A stretch of DNA of 24,000 nt from Candidatus Caldarchaeum subterraneum (GTDB lineage Archaea > Thermoproteota > Nitrososphaeria_A > Caldarchaeales > Caldarchaeaceae), in the NCBI GenBank assembly GCA_000270325.1, contig BA000048.1, positions 187,041 to 211,040 of the forward strand, read 5' to 3'. The notes beneath the pieces are model-generated. The model worked only from the letters and a program-made list of their open reading frames with translations. It did not search any database and had not been told where the DNA came from. A program made the position numbers and the translations under genes. The stretch's first letter is position 1. The number at the start of each line of letters is the position of its first letter. Positions 1 to 8,601 of the stretch are shown in pieces.

Positions 1-23
1 ATCATCCCAGCTACTTTTTCTAA

Positions 24-98
24 TGCCGGGGGTGGGATTCGAACCCACGGCAACGGGATTATGAGCCCCGCACTCTGGCCAGGCTGAGTTACCCCGGC
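24..98 (-). tRNA. tRNA with anticodon CAT (elongator Met or Ile2), 75 nt, no encoded CCA
   Basis: Reverse complement folds as GCCGGGG-TA-ACTC-AGCCTGGCCA-GAGT-G-CGGGG-CTCATAA-TCCCG-TTGCC-GTGGG-TTCGAAT-CCCAC-CCCCGGC-A. This is a complete cloverleaf. G1:C72 argues against an archaeal initiator. Met and agmatidine-type Ile2 cannot be told apart by eye. Confidence 0.9.
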
Positions 99-159
99 TG
101 TCCATATACTTGAAAAAGGTGGAGAATATTTATATGCTTATTCTCGGTGTGGGTGTTGG

Positions 160-912
160 TTGGCGGAGTTTCGTGTTGTGAGGCTGTTCCGTTATCCTGT
201 CAAGTCTCTGCTGGGTGAAGAGGTTGCGGATGTTGATGTTTCTTTTGAAGGGTTTGATGGTGACCGGTTGTTTGCGGTTGTGGACCCCGTCACGGGATAC
301 GCTCTCTCAGCCAAGGGAGAACCGCGTCTCCTCCAAATAGGAGCGACTCTGGTGGATGGCGAGCTTGGACTGATTTTTCCAGATGAAGTGGTTCGCGACA
401 ACTATGATGAGAAGTTGACCAACTTTCTCCGACGACCTGTGAGACTTCGCCGTAACACAGGCACTTCACTGCGCTTTAGAGGACTTGAAATAGATTTTGA
501 AAAGGGAGTTGTTTTCGAGAAAACAGGTGAGACACGTGAAACACGTTTTCACGACTCGATGCCCATCCATCTAATCAACCTAAGAACCCTCGAGAAAATG
601 GGACTCAGCATAGACGAAGCTGCCCGCTTCAGGCCGAACATCGTTTTCTCAGCGGAACAGAATGATGAGAGCCTTGTAGGAGGCTATCTCGACACCGGTG
701 AAGCGCTCCTGAAAATAGTGAAGCCAACACGACGATGTATAGTCATAACACATCAACAGAAGAACTTGAGCAGAAACCTTGACCTGCTTAGAACACTGAG
801 AGCAAACAGTGAAGGCAGGTTCGGCCTCTACGCCACTGTTGTCAAGCCCGGAAAAATAAGCGTCGACGCCAGGTTAAGGTTTTATCCCGCCGAAACACAT
901 CACACCACGTAG
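160..912 (+). CDS. MOSC domain-containing protein (MOSC_N beta-barrel plus MOSC)
   Basis: 250-aa ORF with a TTG start. The N-terminus VVRLFRYPVKSLLGE is typical of MOSC_N. The C-terminal part has the conserved-cysteine context KPTRRCIVIT and GRFGLYATV. The last base of its TAG stop (912) is also base 1 of the following tRNA-Gly. Confidence 0.8.
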   Translation: MAEFRVVRLFRYPVKSLLGEEVADVDVSFEGFDGDRLFAVVDPVTGYALSAKGEPRLLQIGATLVDGELGLIFPDEVVRDNYDEKLTNFLRRPVRLRRNTGTSLRFRGLEIDFEKGVVFEKTGETRETRFHDSMPIHLINLRTLEKMGLSIDEAARFRPNIVFSAEQNDESLVGGYLDTGEALLKIVKPTRRCIVITHQQKNLSRNLDLLRTLRANSEGRFGLYATVVKPGKISVDARLRFYPAETHHTT

Positions 913-985
913 CGGCCGTGGTCTAGCCTGGTAGGACACCAGCCTTCCACGCTGGTAGTCGCGGGTTCAAATCCCGCCGGCCGCA
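912..985 (+). tRNA. tRNA-Gly (anticodon TCC), 74 nt, no encoded CCA
   Basis: GCGGCCG-TG-GTCT-AGCCTGGTA-GGAC-A-CCAGC-CTTCCAC-GCTGG-TAGTC-GCGGG-TTCAAAT-CCCGC-CGGCCGC-A. All four stems pair and the anticodon loop is CTTCCAC. Confidence 0.9.
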
Positions 986-2010
986 TTAGCGGGCAAAGCT
1001 TTTACAATGTGCATAGGGGAGAAGATTGGGGGTTGGTTGGCTGGTGGGAGTCTTCCTCGTCTCCTTAGGTATTCTTCGAGTCGTCTTTTCTTCCGCTCTA
1101 TCGTGAATCCTACCCAGTTGTAGAAGGTCTCGTTGGAAGGCATTCGTATCCGTAGGTAATAGTAGTCTTTGTTGTGATGGTATGTCTTTCCTTTTTTCGG
1201 GTCTTTGAAGGATGTACCTCCTCGCGTTTTTATCTTCGGAGTGTCTGAAGTAGTCTCTATGCCGAGTTTCTTCAGGAGGTACATGACGTATAATAGCAGT
1301 TGATAGTCAGTATTGTACACGGTCATGGCTCCACGTTTATCAACGCACCCCTCGCTGTCAAAGAACCCTCTCAGAAACATAGCAACACATCGTTCGGAGT
1401 ATTCAACAAAGGGCCTAATCCTGTCGATGTCAATAGGCTTCTTAAACAACTGGTAGAGAACCTTAGACCTTATCCGGACAACCCATCTACCATCCTTGTT
1501 TGGCTTCGGTTCCGGCGCGTCTCTGCCAAGAACCCTCGCTATCCTCGTAGCATATTCATCGGCAAACTCCTTGTCCTTAACCTTAAGACCTATAATATAC
1601 TTTTCTCCTCTTGTTCCCTCATCTGTTTTCGTAGCATAGGCATCACCAGCTTCAGTTCCTATGAGATATGCGAGGTCTTCTGTTGGTTGTAGAAGCTCAA
1701 TGGAGCCGATGTATATACCGTTGTATGGCGAGTGAATTCTACGTACCCAGTAGCTACAATTGCTTTTCCCTATCTTGACTCCAAGCCTCCTCTCCACTTC
1801 ATCGATTATCTGTGTATACGACAGCCCCTCCTCATGAAGCTGCTGAACCAAATCGAAGGCCTCCATCCTCAGCTCTCTCAGAGTATACCTTCCCCCTTCT
1901 TTGGCGCCCTCGCCCTTGCCGTCCACCGCCGGGCCAACGATGGACACCACAGAATCATCAATCAGCCTCTCGTAAGAGAGATTGGGGTTTATCATGATGA
2001 TGAGGATCAA
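967..2010 (-). CDS. Free-standing LAGLIDADG (DOD) homing-endonuclease-like protein with an N-terminal HTH region
   Basis: 347-aa ORF with two LAGLIDADG-type motifs: LAYLIGTEAGDAY and FLRGFFDSEGCV. The N-terminal segment LSYTQIIDEVERRLGVKIGKSNCSYWVRR looks like a helix-turn-helix. Its last 19 nt (967-985) overlap the 3' end of tRNA-Gly on the opposite strand. The true start may be one of the Met codons in MILIIMINP. Confidence 0.75.
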   Translation of the reverse strand: MILIIMINPNLSYERLIDDSVVSIVGPAVDGKGEGAKEGGRYTLRELRMEAFDLVQQLHEEGLSYTQIIDEVERRLGVKIGKSNCSYWVRRIHSPYNGIYIGSIELLQPTEDLAYLIGTEAGDAYATKTDEGTRGEKYIIGLKVKDKEFADEYATRIARVLGRDAPEPKPNKDGRWVVRIRSKVLYQLFKKPIDIDRIRPFVEYSERCVAMFLRGFFDSEGCVDKRGAMTVYNTDYQLLLYVMYLLKKLGIETTSDTPKIKTRGGTSFKDPKKGKTYHHNKDYYYLRIRMPSNETFYNWVGFTIERKKRRLEEYLRRRGRLPPANQPPIFSPMHIVKALPANAAGGI

Positions 2011-2318
2011 ACAATTAGGTCGAGATAAGTCTTTGAAGGTATCTTGATGGAGAGAAGTGGATAAACAGTATTTCGGCCTCTACAATCTTATCAGGTTTTT
2101 AAAGGGTGTTGATAGGCTGGGTAAAAGGTGATTAGGTTATTATTTAGTAAAAATCCTGAGAAGAATAGTCCTTATCCTATCATTATAGTAAGTAGGGTTA
2201 GGGATACGGAGATAACACTATACCAAGCACCAAGAATAGAAGATTAGATGAATTTGAGTCCGACAGGGAGTAAGCTTAGACCGCTCGAAAAACTTTGACT
2301 GGATAACTTTTAAAACAC

Positions 2319-3689
2319 ATGATGTGTTTCTGGTGTCGCATGAGGATGCTTGTTTGTTCTCAGACGCCTCTTGTGCGGTTTTTGGGCGATGGTTGGGCTG
2401 GGCAAGAGTTTGTTGATGTTTCGAGGTTGGTGGAGGGTGTTGACTTTATCTTTTCTCCGGGGGGAGTGACGCGTATGGTATATCCGCTTATTATGCGTCT
2501 GGTTGAGAATGATGTGTTGGATGAGGGTCACTGGCTGTCTCTCAACACTAATGGGCCGCGTCAAGCTATTCTGGGACCTGTTAGACTTTATTTTGTTAAG
2601 CTTGGGGCTGAGGCTCTGAGAGGCTACGGCGCGGCCAAGGAGGAGATGTGGAAACTGCTTCACGGAGTCCAGGATGAGCGGCCATTATCTCTTCTCGAGC
2701 TGGCGTGGACAGATGAATATGCTTACTACAATTTGTATAACAGGGTCTGCAGCGAGACAGCCTTAGCCCTCGACAGAGAGCTAGACTTCGACCTGTTCTA
2801 TATTCACGATTTTCAGCAACTACCCATGGGTGAGATGATGGGTACCTTGAAGCCGAAGCTTTTCAGATGGCACATACCGTTCAACGAGGAAGCAATACCG
2901 CCTGAGTGGTCAGGGTTTCTCGGCAGATATCTAAACGCATACGACGCCGTGGTCGTCAGCTCGAAAAGCTACATGGAGACGCTTCTTAAAAGAGGCTATG
3001 TTGGCAGAGCCTTCTACGTCTATCCCTACATAGACACCTCCCAATACGGTACACCGACGAAGAGCGATTTGCAGCAATTCGCCGACAAACACGGGCTAGG
3101 CGAAGATGATGGAGTCATCTCGATAGTAGCCCGGCTGGACCCGCTCAAAGGCCATGACCGAGCGTTAAAGGCTTTGGCCAAGGTTGTAAAAACACATAAC
3201 GTCAAGCTACTCATAGTGGGTAACGGCAGCTTCTCCAGCTCGAAAAAGGGGCTTGGACTCTCAAAGGGTGAGGCCTGGAGAACTTATCTTCAAACTCTTG
3301 TGAAAAACCTTGGGCTTGAGAAGCATGTGATATTCACGGGCCATGTTAGCCAGAAAGAGCTGGAGTGTGTCTATACGTTGTCGGATTTTACGGTGTTGCC
3401 GTCGGTGGCTGAGGGCTTTGGGCTGGTGGTGGTTGAGAGCTGGCTCTTCGGCAAGCCCGTGGTTGTGAGCAAGGCGGCCGGAATAGCTGAGCTGATTGTA
3501 GACGGTGTAAACGGTTACCTTGTTGGACCCGATGACGTGTCGGGTTTGGCGGATAGGATGAGAACTTTGCTGGAGAATCCTTCTTTGACAGAGGAGATGG
3601 GAAAAAACGGACGTGAAACGGCGAAGCTCTGTTCTCTTGAAAGGAGCCTTGAGGAGGAGAAAAGAATTATCGAGGAGGTGGTGGGATGA
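2319..3689 (+). CDS. GT-B fold glycosyltransferase (GT4-like C-terminal domain; trehalose/sucrose-synthase-like N-terminal half)
   Basis: The C-terminal half reads VARLDPLKGHDRALKAL...LLIVGNGS...VLPSVAEGFGLVVVESWLFGKPVVVSKAAGIAELIVDGVNGYLV, the classic GT4 EX7E-type region. The N-terminal half has YIHDFQQLP...FRWHIPF, reminiscent of OtsA/TreT-type HD..H..P motifs. The real start is probably downstream of 2319 (for example MRMLV at about 2340), because an AT-rich TATA-like element sits at about 2304-2313. Confidence 0.75.
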   Translation: MMCFWCRMRMLVCSQTPLVRFLGDGWAGQEFVDVSRLVEGVDFIFSPGGVTRMVYPLIMRLVENDVLDEGHWLSLNTNGPRQAILGPVRLYFVKLGAEALRGYGAAKEEMWKLLHGVQDERPLSLLELAWTDEYAYYNLYNRVCSETALALDRELDFDLFYIHDFQQLPMGEMMGTLKPKLFRWHIPFNEEAIPPEWSGFLGRYLNAYDAVVVSSKSYMETLLKRGYVGRAFYVYPYIDTSQYGTPTKSDLQQFADKHGLGEDDGVISIVARLDPLKGHDRALKALAKVVKTHNVKLLIVGNGSFSSSKKGLGLSKGEAWRTYLQTLVKNLGLEKHVIFTGHVSQKELECVYTLSDFTVLPSVAEGFGLVVVESWLFGKPVVVSKAAGIAELIVDGVNGYLVGPDDVSGLADRMRTLLENPSLTEEMGKNGRETAKLCSLERSLEEEKRIIEEVVG

Positions 3690-4453
3690 TATCTCTCGAG
3701 TTACCTGAGCTCACAGCCATAGTGACCCAGCTCACCATGGTAGCCATTATGCTTCTCGTAACAGCTTTTGCGGCGCGGCTAATTTCCTCCGTCATAAGAC
3801 GGCTGCTGTTTAAAGCACCTCCTCTAATAAACGAGCAGATATCCAGAGGGGCGTCAATATTCATCTGGCTGGTTGGGCTGCTGTTCATAGTTAACCAGCT
3901 CGGCCTCAACCTCGACATCCTGCTTCTTCTCATGGGTTTAGCGGGAGTGGCTGCCATAATCGCAGCACGCGACATTCTTAGCAACATCTCATCAAGATAT
4001 CTCATCGGCAGCTTCATACCTTTCAACGTAGGTGACGAGATGCAGGTTTCCAGCTTTAGGGGTAAGGTAGTGGAGATAAACCCTGTGGCGTCTCTGCTGC
4101 TATCGGAGGAGGGGACATTAGCTGTTGTCCCCAACTCTGTTCTCCTGAAGGAGATATCTCTTAACCTGTCGCCCTATGCCTCGCGACGTATCACAATATC
4201 GGTTCATGTTCCCCAAGAAGTCAATGTGCCAGACGCGGAGGCCGAGGTCCTCAAACTCTGCAACAAATACAGGAGCAAGCTTGACCAGCGTTTCCCCCCG
4301 CTCGTGTCCGTAAAGAGCAGTGGGCAGGCGGATGTGGTGCTGGAGCTGGTCTTGTTAGCCGCCCAGCCTGAGAAAAGAAACGAGCTCGCCGCCGAACTGG
4401 GAGCCAAAATATCGGAGCTCATGGAGAAAATGCGGATGTCGCAGCGTAAATAG
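3686..4453 (+). CDS. Small-conductance mechanosensitive channel (MscS family)
   Basis: 255 aa with three N-terminal hydrophobic helices. The pore-helix signature is LLLLMGLAGVAAIIAARDILSNISSRYLI, followed by the beta domain FNVGDEMQVSSFRGKVVEINPVASLLLSEEGTLAVVPNSVLL. Its start overlaps the stop of the glycosyltransferase (ATGA at 3686-3689). Confidence 0.85.
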   Translation: MISLELPELTAIVTQLTMVAIMLLVTAFAARLISSVIRRLLFKAPPLINEQISRGASIFIWLVGLLFIVNQLGLNLDILLLLMGLAGVAAIIAARDILSNISSRYLIGSFIPFNVGDEMQVSSFRGKVVEINPVASLLLSEEGTLAVVPNSVLLKEISLNLSPYASRRITISVHVPQEVNVPDAEAEVLKLCNKYRSKLDQRFPPLVSVKSSGQADVVLELVLLAAQPEKRNELAAELGAKISELMEKMRMSQRK

Positions 4454-4507
4454 CGGCCACTGCAGAGGGTATGGTAAATAACGCGGCTTCTACACAGGTT
4501 ATCGGGG

Positions 4508-5395
4508 TTGTCGGCTCCCGAGCCGTTGTTCAGAGCAGGCGAGGTGGCGAGAAGGATAAGGATGGCTATCCCCTCATTAGTTTCTCCGGGGGCTAGCCTG
4601 CTTCAAATCGCCGAGCAGGTGGAGAAGATGATTCTGGACAACGGGTGTCAGCCCGCTTTCCCCTGCAACGTTTCCGTAGACAGTGTAGCGGCCCATTACT
4701 CTCCCATCCCAGGAGACACCTCGACTCTACACCGCAACTTCATAGCCAAAATTGATTTCGGAGTCATGGTGGATGGATACATCGCCGACACAGCCGTAAC
4801 TGTCACAGACACAGCAGTTGGCGAGATGCTGAAAACAGCCGTCGAGGAGGCTCTGAAAGCAGCTGTAAAAACCGTTGCAGCGGGAGTGAAGGTCTCGGCG
4901 ATAGGCTCGGTGGTGCAAAATGTGTTGACACGTTATGGGGTTAAGCCGATACGCAACCTGACAGGGCATGAGATTCAGCGATACAACCTGCATGCAGGAG
5001 TATCCATCCCAAACATCGCATCAGGCGAGGGAGCGAAGCTTCAGGAAGGACATGTATACGCCATCGAGCCTTTCGCAACAGTTGCAGATGGTTTCGGAGA
5101 AGTGATAGAACATAGAACCGCGACAATATTCCGTCTGTGGAAAACTTTCGCAGGCCAGGTTTCGTCCCCCGAGTCGAACCTTTTGAAAACTTTGTCAGAG
5201 AGGTTTAACGGCCTCCCCTATAGCCCGAGATGGCTAACCGACTTGGGCCCCGACGCCTTGTCTATCCATCAGCGTCTGGTCAAAACAGGTAGGGTCAAAG
5301 CTTATCCAGTGTTGGTTGAAAGACTGAATAAACCTGTGGCGCAGGCGGAGCACACTGTTCTGGTGGAGAAAGACGGCTGCACCATAATCACTTAG
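4508..5395 (+). CDS. map: Methionine aminopeptidase, type 2 (archaeal form)
   Basis: 295 aa with a TTG start. It has pita-bread metal-ligand blocks: AHYSP, KIDFGVMVDGYIADTAVTV, LTGHEIQRYNLHAG, YAIEPFAT and AQAEHTVLV. It also has the inserted helical subdomain typical of type 2 MetAP. Confidence 0.9.
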   Translation: MSAPEPLFRAGEVARRIRMAIPSLVSPGASLLQIAEQVEKMILDNGCQPAFPCNVSVDSVAAHYSPIPGDTSTLHRNFIAKIDFGVMVDGYIADTAVTVTDTAVGEMLKTAVEEALKAAVKTVAAGVKVSAIGSVVQNVLTRYGVKPIRNLTGHEIQRYNLHAGVSIPNIASGEGAKLQEGHVYAIEPFATVADGFGEVIEHRTATIFRLWKTFAGQVSSPESNLLKTLSERFNGLPYSPRWLTDLGPDALSIHQRLVKTGRVKAYPVLVERLNKPVAQAEHTVLVEKDGCTIIT

Positions 5396-5609
5396 ACTCC
5401 TTTTTCTCAGGAACATAGATGTTGATTATCCTGCTTCTAGTGCCGCCGCATTTGGGACATTTCTCATCCTCAACAATCTTCAAAACATAATCGTTTTCCC
5501 TGAAAGGCCTAGAGTTTTCGACGCCGCAATTAAGACATTTAAGAAACGTAAGAGGTTCAGGCATCTTCTCTCTGGAGCGTCCACCCATCAAAATCGATGG
5601 CTCACTCAT
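5388..5609 (-). CDS. Small zinc-ribbon protein (CxxC...CxxC), function unknown
   Basis: 73 aa, containing CLNCG(...)CPKCGG separated by about 26 residues. Its ATG overlaps the stop of the upstream gene (ATGA at 5606-5609). It overlaps the convergent map gene by 8 nt. Confidence 0.55.
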   Translation of the reverse strand: MSEPSILMGGRSREKMPEPLTFLKCLNCGVENSRPFRENDYVLKIVEDEKCPKCGGTRSRIINIYVPEKKESK

Positions 5610-6754
5610 CCCAAACCCACCCCGATTGTGTTACCTATGCCTGCGACAACCACCGACTCGCCGCTCTTGACCTTTTCGAGAATCAATTGCTTAACCTTCT
5701 CAAGCACCTGGTCAGCTGCTTTGGCGATGGATTCACGCATAGGCGTTATGGCCTCGGTGATGGATTGGAAGATTACGAAAGCATATAGAGGGATGCCGCG
5801 GCTCTTCGCCAACTCCTCTATCTTGTACTTGTCCACTCCGGGTCCTCCAATCGCTACACCCACTCCCTCAGCAATTTTACCCGTCTCCTCACCCTCTAGC
5901 TTGAGCGCCGCATCGATGGTTATGATGAGCTTCGGGTTTTCAGGCAGCCGCTCCACAAGCTGTTTAACCCCTTCCCCTGGTCTTCCCACCGTCCCACCAG
6001 GCCCAATAGCTCTGACAACATAGACCTTCCTGTTCTCAAGCTCAATCTCCTGAACAACCGTGTCCTTAGCAATCTCATACCTCTCCTTCTCCATCCCATT
6101 CACAAGCTTTGCAGCAACAAGAGGCCCAACACCGTCACCTATTGGCTGCCCCTTGCTAAAGGCCACAGCCGCCTGCCTATAAGATTCCGCTATCTCAATA
6201 ATCTGTGGAAGAACCATCTGAATCTGTAAAACCATGTAGATGTTTGCTGTCTTCTTACCTAGGAGGTAGTAGTGGCGGACGACGCGGTAAATTGTGTTGA
6301 TTCCCCTGAGAACTTCTACAAGGTTTGTCAACGACTTGACCTGATGCTCTGTCGCATGTGGAGCCAGCTTGGCAACCTCCTGCTCATAAACTGACTCACC
6401 CGTCTCGAGGATATGTTCCAGTTTGTAGACCAAGCCGTAGGGGTCCATGGACTCGGGCTGGATTATGAAGAACTCGCTCAGCCTGTTTATGTCCGGTGCT
6501 GGGTCTTTCTCAGGCTTACCAACTCGTTTAATTGTCTCGACCGTTATCTGGTTAATTTCGTCCTTGATCAGCTTGAGCTTGTTCAGCTTCTTCTCAAGAT
6601 CCCGCAGCATGTAGGAGAGCTGCATACGCTGCCCAAACGATGGATAGAGGAAGAAAATCATCAAAAAAGCGAACCAAACAAGCGACAGTAACAGCGATAA
6701 AATGTTGTCTCCACCTGTCGACGGGTTCAGCAACGCAGCAAAGAGCACAGTCAT
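5606..6754 (-). CDS. Archaeal membrane-anchored protein of unknown function (DUF1512-like by size and architecture, from memory)
   Basis: 382 aa. The N-terminus has two hydrophobic segments (ILSLLLSLVWFAFLMIFFLY), followed by a coiled-coil-like stretch. The C-terminal domain has glycine-rich motifs: GPGGTVGRPGEG, GVAIGGPGVDK and AGIGNTIGVG. It is translationally coupled to the Zn-ribbon gene. Confidence 0.6.
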   Translation of the reverse strand: MTVLFAALLNPSTGGDNILSLLLSLVWFAFLMIFFLYPSFGQRMQLSYMLRDLEKKLNKLKLIKDEINQITVETIKRVGKPEKDPAPDINRLSEFFIIQPESMDPYGLVYKLEHILETGESVYEQEVAKLAPHATEHQVKSLTNLVEVLRGINTIYRVVRHYYLLGKKTANIYMVLQIQMVLPQIIEIAESYRQAAVAFSKGQPIGDGVGPLVAAKLVNGMEKERYEIAKDTVVQEIELENRKVYVVRAIGPGGTVGRPGEGVKQLVERLPENPKLIITIDAALKLEGEETGKIAEGVGVAIGGPGVDKYKIEELAKSRGIPLYAFVIFQSITEAITPMRESIAKAADQVLEKVKQLILEKVKSGESVVVAGIGNTIGVGLG

Positions 6755-6777
6755 TTCCCTGCACGTCTCAACATTAT

Positions 6778-8598
6778 TTATTTATTAAGCTTATTTGAGT
6801 TCATCAAACTTGGTTCTCCCTTCTTTTTCCTCTGCCTCTTTCTGGCGAAGGGTTTGACATGCTGGGCGAGGCGTCTGCTAATCTCGTCTATTTTATCGCT
6901 GCATCTCCTGAGAAGCTCCTCATATAGGCTGAGGCTTTGCTCAAGGCTTTCTTGAAAGCTTGTCTCTCCTCTCTCGATTTTCGCCATATAGTCTTCTACA
7001 AGCCGCCTCGTTTCCGGCGTTATAAGCCGTGTGTCGGCCTCGGCTAAAGACTCTATCAGAGCCATTCCCAGCGGCGTCGGTTTGAAAAACCGGCCAGCCC
7101 TCACGGCGTAGTTGCGCTCAGTTATCAGCTGGGGGAAGGATGCGCGTGTCGCGTCGGTGCCTATGCCGTTTTTCTCCATCAGCCTCAAGAGGTCGGCCTC
7201 GGTCAGGCGTGGCGGAGGCTTCGTCTCATCTTCCCGTATCGTCACGTCGATTATCTGAAGCTTTTCACCGACCATGAGCTCCGGAAGCGGCTTATCGCGA
7301 GGCCGGAAATATGAAAAGACCTGCAGGTAACCTTGTTTAGTGACCGACGAGCCCTCGGCTGAAAAGGCTATCCCGTCGATGCCTATTTCGGCTTTGGCGG
7401 TTGATTGAACAGCGTCGTCGAAGAAGGCGTTGGCATAGAAGCGACATGCTATGTATTCCCATATCTGCATCAAAACGCCCGAGCCGCGGAAGGTGGCCAC
7501 GGGATAGATAGGTGGGTGCGCTCCATCGTCTCTTGACCCGTTACGTGGGTCAGGCTCGGCTTTATCGGGTTTTGCATCACGCAGGGCATCCGCTGCTGTT
7601 ACCGCTTTGAGAGGTGTTTGGAAGTCGAAGCCCCGTCTATACCTGTTTGTATCGGTTCGCGGATAGCTGATGTATCCCTCGGCGTAAAGCTCCTCCATCA
7701 TGGACAGCAGCCTGTTAGCCGAAACCCCCGTTATCCTCGTCAAATCTCTAAGCACGTCATCGGTCCTCATCGGCAGCGGCCTCGGCAGAGTTTTCTCGGA
7801 CTTGGTATAGGATGTAACAACAGCTTCACCGGCTTTCCGAGCTTTCTCGAAAACCTGCTCAGCCTCGTCCCTGTTCCATATCTGCTGTGTCGCGGCCTTG
7901 AATTCTTCTCCGCTAGCCTTCCTCAGAGTGGCTTCTATAACCCAGTATTTCTGCGGTTTGAATTGCTGTATTTCCTTCTCTCTTTCGACGACGAAGTTTA
8001 GGGTGGGTGTTTGGCATGAGCCCCAGCTAATCACCCTAACAGGTGCAAGTCGGCGCGTCGACAAGGTCAGCAACCGTGTGAAGGCGGCGCCCGTGACGAG
8101 GTCGAAGATTTGGCGGAAACGGGCCTTCTCAACCCAGCGCATGTTAAGTCCTTTCTCAAGGTTTCTAAGGCTGGCGAAAAGCTCACGGCGGTCAACTGAG
8201 TTAAAACGCATCCTGTAGACAACGGGTTCGCCGCCGGTGACGCGGCGGTAAACCTGTAAAATTTCATATCCGATGAGCTCACCCTCGGAGTCGTTGTCCG
8301 TCGCTATCACCAGCACTCCTCCTCCGCTGAAAACTTTCACAAGCTGCTCAAACACGCGATTGTCCGAGATTTTGTCAACAACCTTCCTCAGCTTGATTAT
8401 TTCGAATGGATGTTTCGCACCCCATTCGTAGCCATCTGGCAGATCAGCCTCCATCATATGGCCCCTAACAGATGAGACGACGGCGTTGGCCTTGGCGGCG
8501 GAGACCACGGCCTTTATTGCACGGGCTACGCTGGCCTTCTCGGCCACTATAATCAGCTTCTCGCCATCCATGGTGTCTTTGTCTGATGTGCTTGTCAT
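6778..8598 (-). CDS. topA: DNA topoisomerase type IA (archaeal topoisomerase III-like, no C-terminal Zn fingers)
   Basis: 606 aa. The TOPRIM region reads KLIIVAEKASVARAI...ATDNDSEGELIGYEIL. The active-site tyrosine motif is EGYISYPRTDT. Further type IA blocks are present: SWGSCQTPTL, GIGTDATRA and a basic C-terminal tail. Confidence 0.9.
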   Translation of the reverse strand: MTSTSDKDTMDGEKLIIVAEKASVARAIKAVVSAAKANAVVSSVRGHMMEADLPDGYEWGAKHPFEIIKLRKVVDKISDNRVFEQLVKVFSGGGVLVIATDNDSEGELIGYEILQVYRRVTGGEPVVYRMRFNSVDRRELFASLRNLEKGLNMRWVEKARFRQIFDLVTGAAFTRLLTLSTRRLAPVRVISWGSCQTPTLNFVVEREKEIQQFKPQKYWVIEATLRKASGEEFKAATQQIWNRDEAEQVFEKARKAGEAVVTSYTKSEKTLPRPLPMRTDDVLRDLTRITGVSANRLLSMMEELYAEGYISYPRTDTNRYRRGFDFQTPLKAVTAADALRDAKPDKAEPDPRNGSRDDGAHPPIYPVATFRGSGVLMQIWEYIACRFYANAFFDDAVQSTAKAEIGIDGIAFSAEGSSVTKQGYLQVFSYFRPRDKPLPELMVGEKLQIIDVTIREDETKPPPRLTEADLLRLMEKNGIGTDATRASFPQLITERNYAVRAGRFFKPTPLGMALIESLAEADTRLITPETRRLVEDYMAKIERGETSFQESLEQSLSLYEELLRRCSDKIDEISRRLAQHVKPFARKRQRKKKGEPSLMNSNKLNK

Positions 8599-8601
8599 CT
8601 G

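Noticed and set aside
1300-2028. + strand ORFs antisense to the LAGLIDADG gene (1300..1692, 1732..2028, 1812..1997)
   Set aside because: They lie entirely inside a gene with two clear LAGLIDADG motifs, and their products are featureless.
986-2318. Search for a direct repeat of the tRNA-Gly 3' end (att site) that would delimit an integrated element
   Set aside because: No convincing partial copy of GCGGGTTCAAATCCCGCCGGCCGCA was seen by eye. The closest match (TTTGAGTCCGACAGGG near 2253) is too divergent. The islet idea therefore stays an inference only.
3667-4134. 155-aa minus-strand ORF antisense to the MscS gene, with similar antisense ORFs inside map, topA, the ABC genes and the quinoprotein gene
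   Set aside because: All are nested in genes with strong family signatures and have biased shadow-frame composition (rich in S, R and P).
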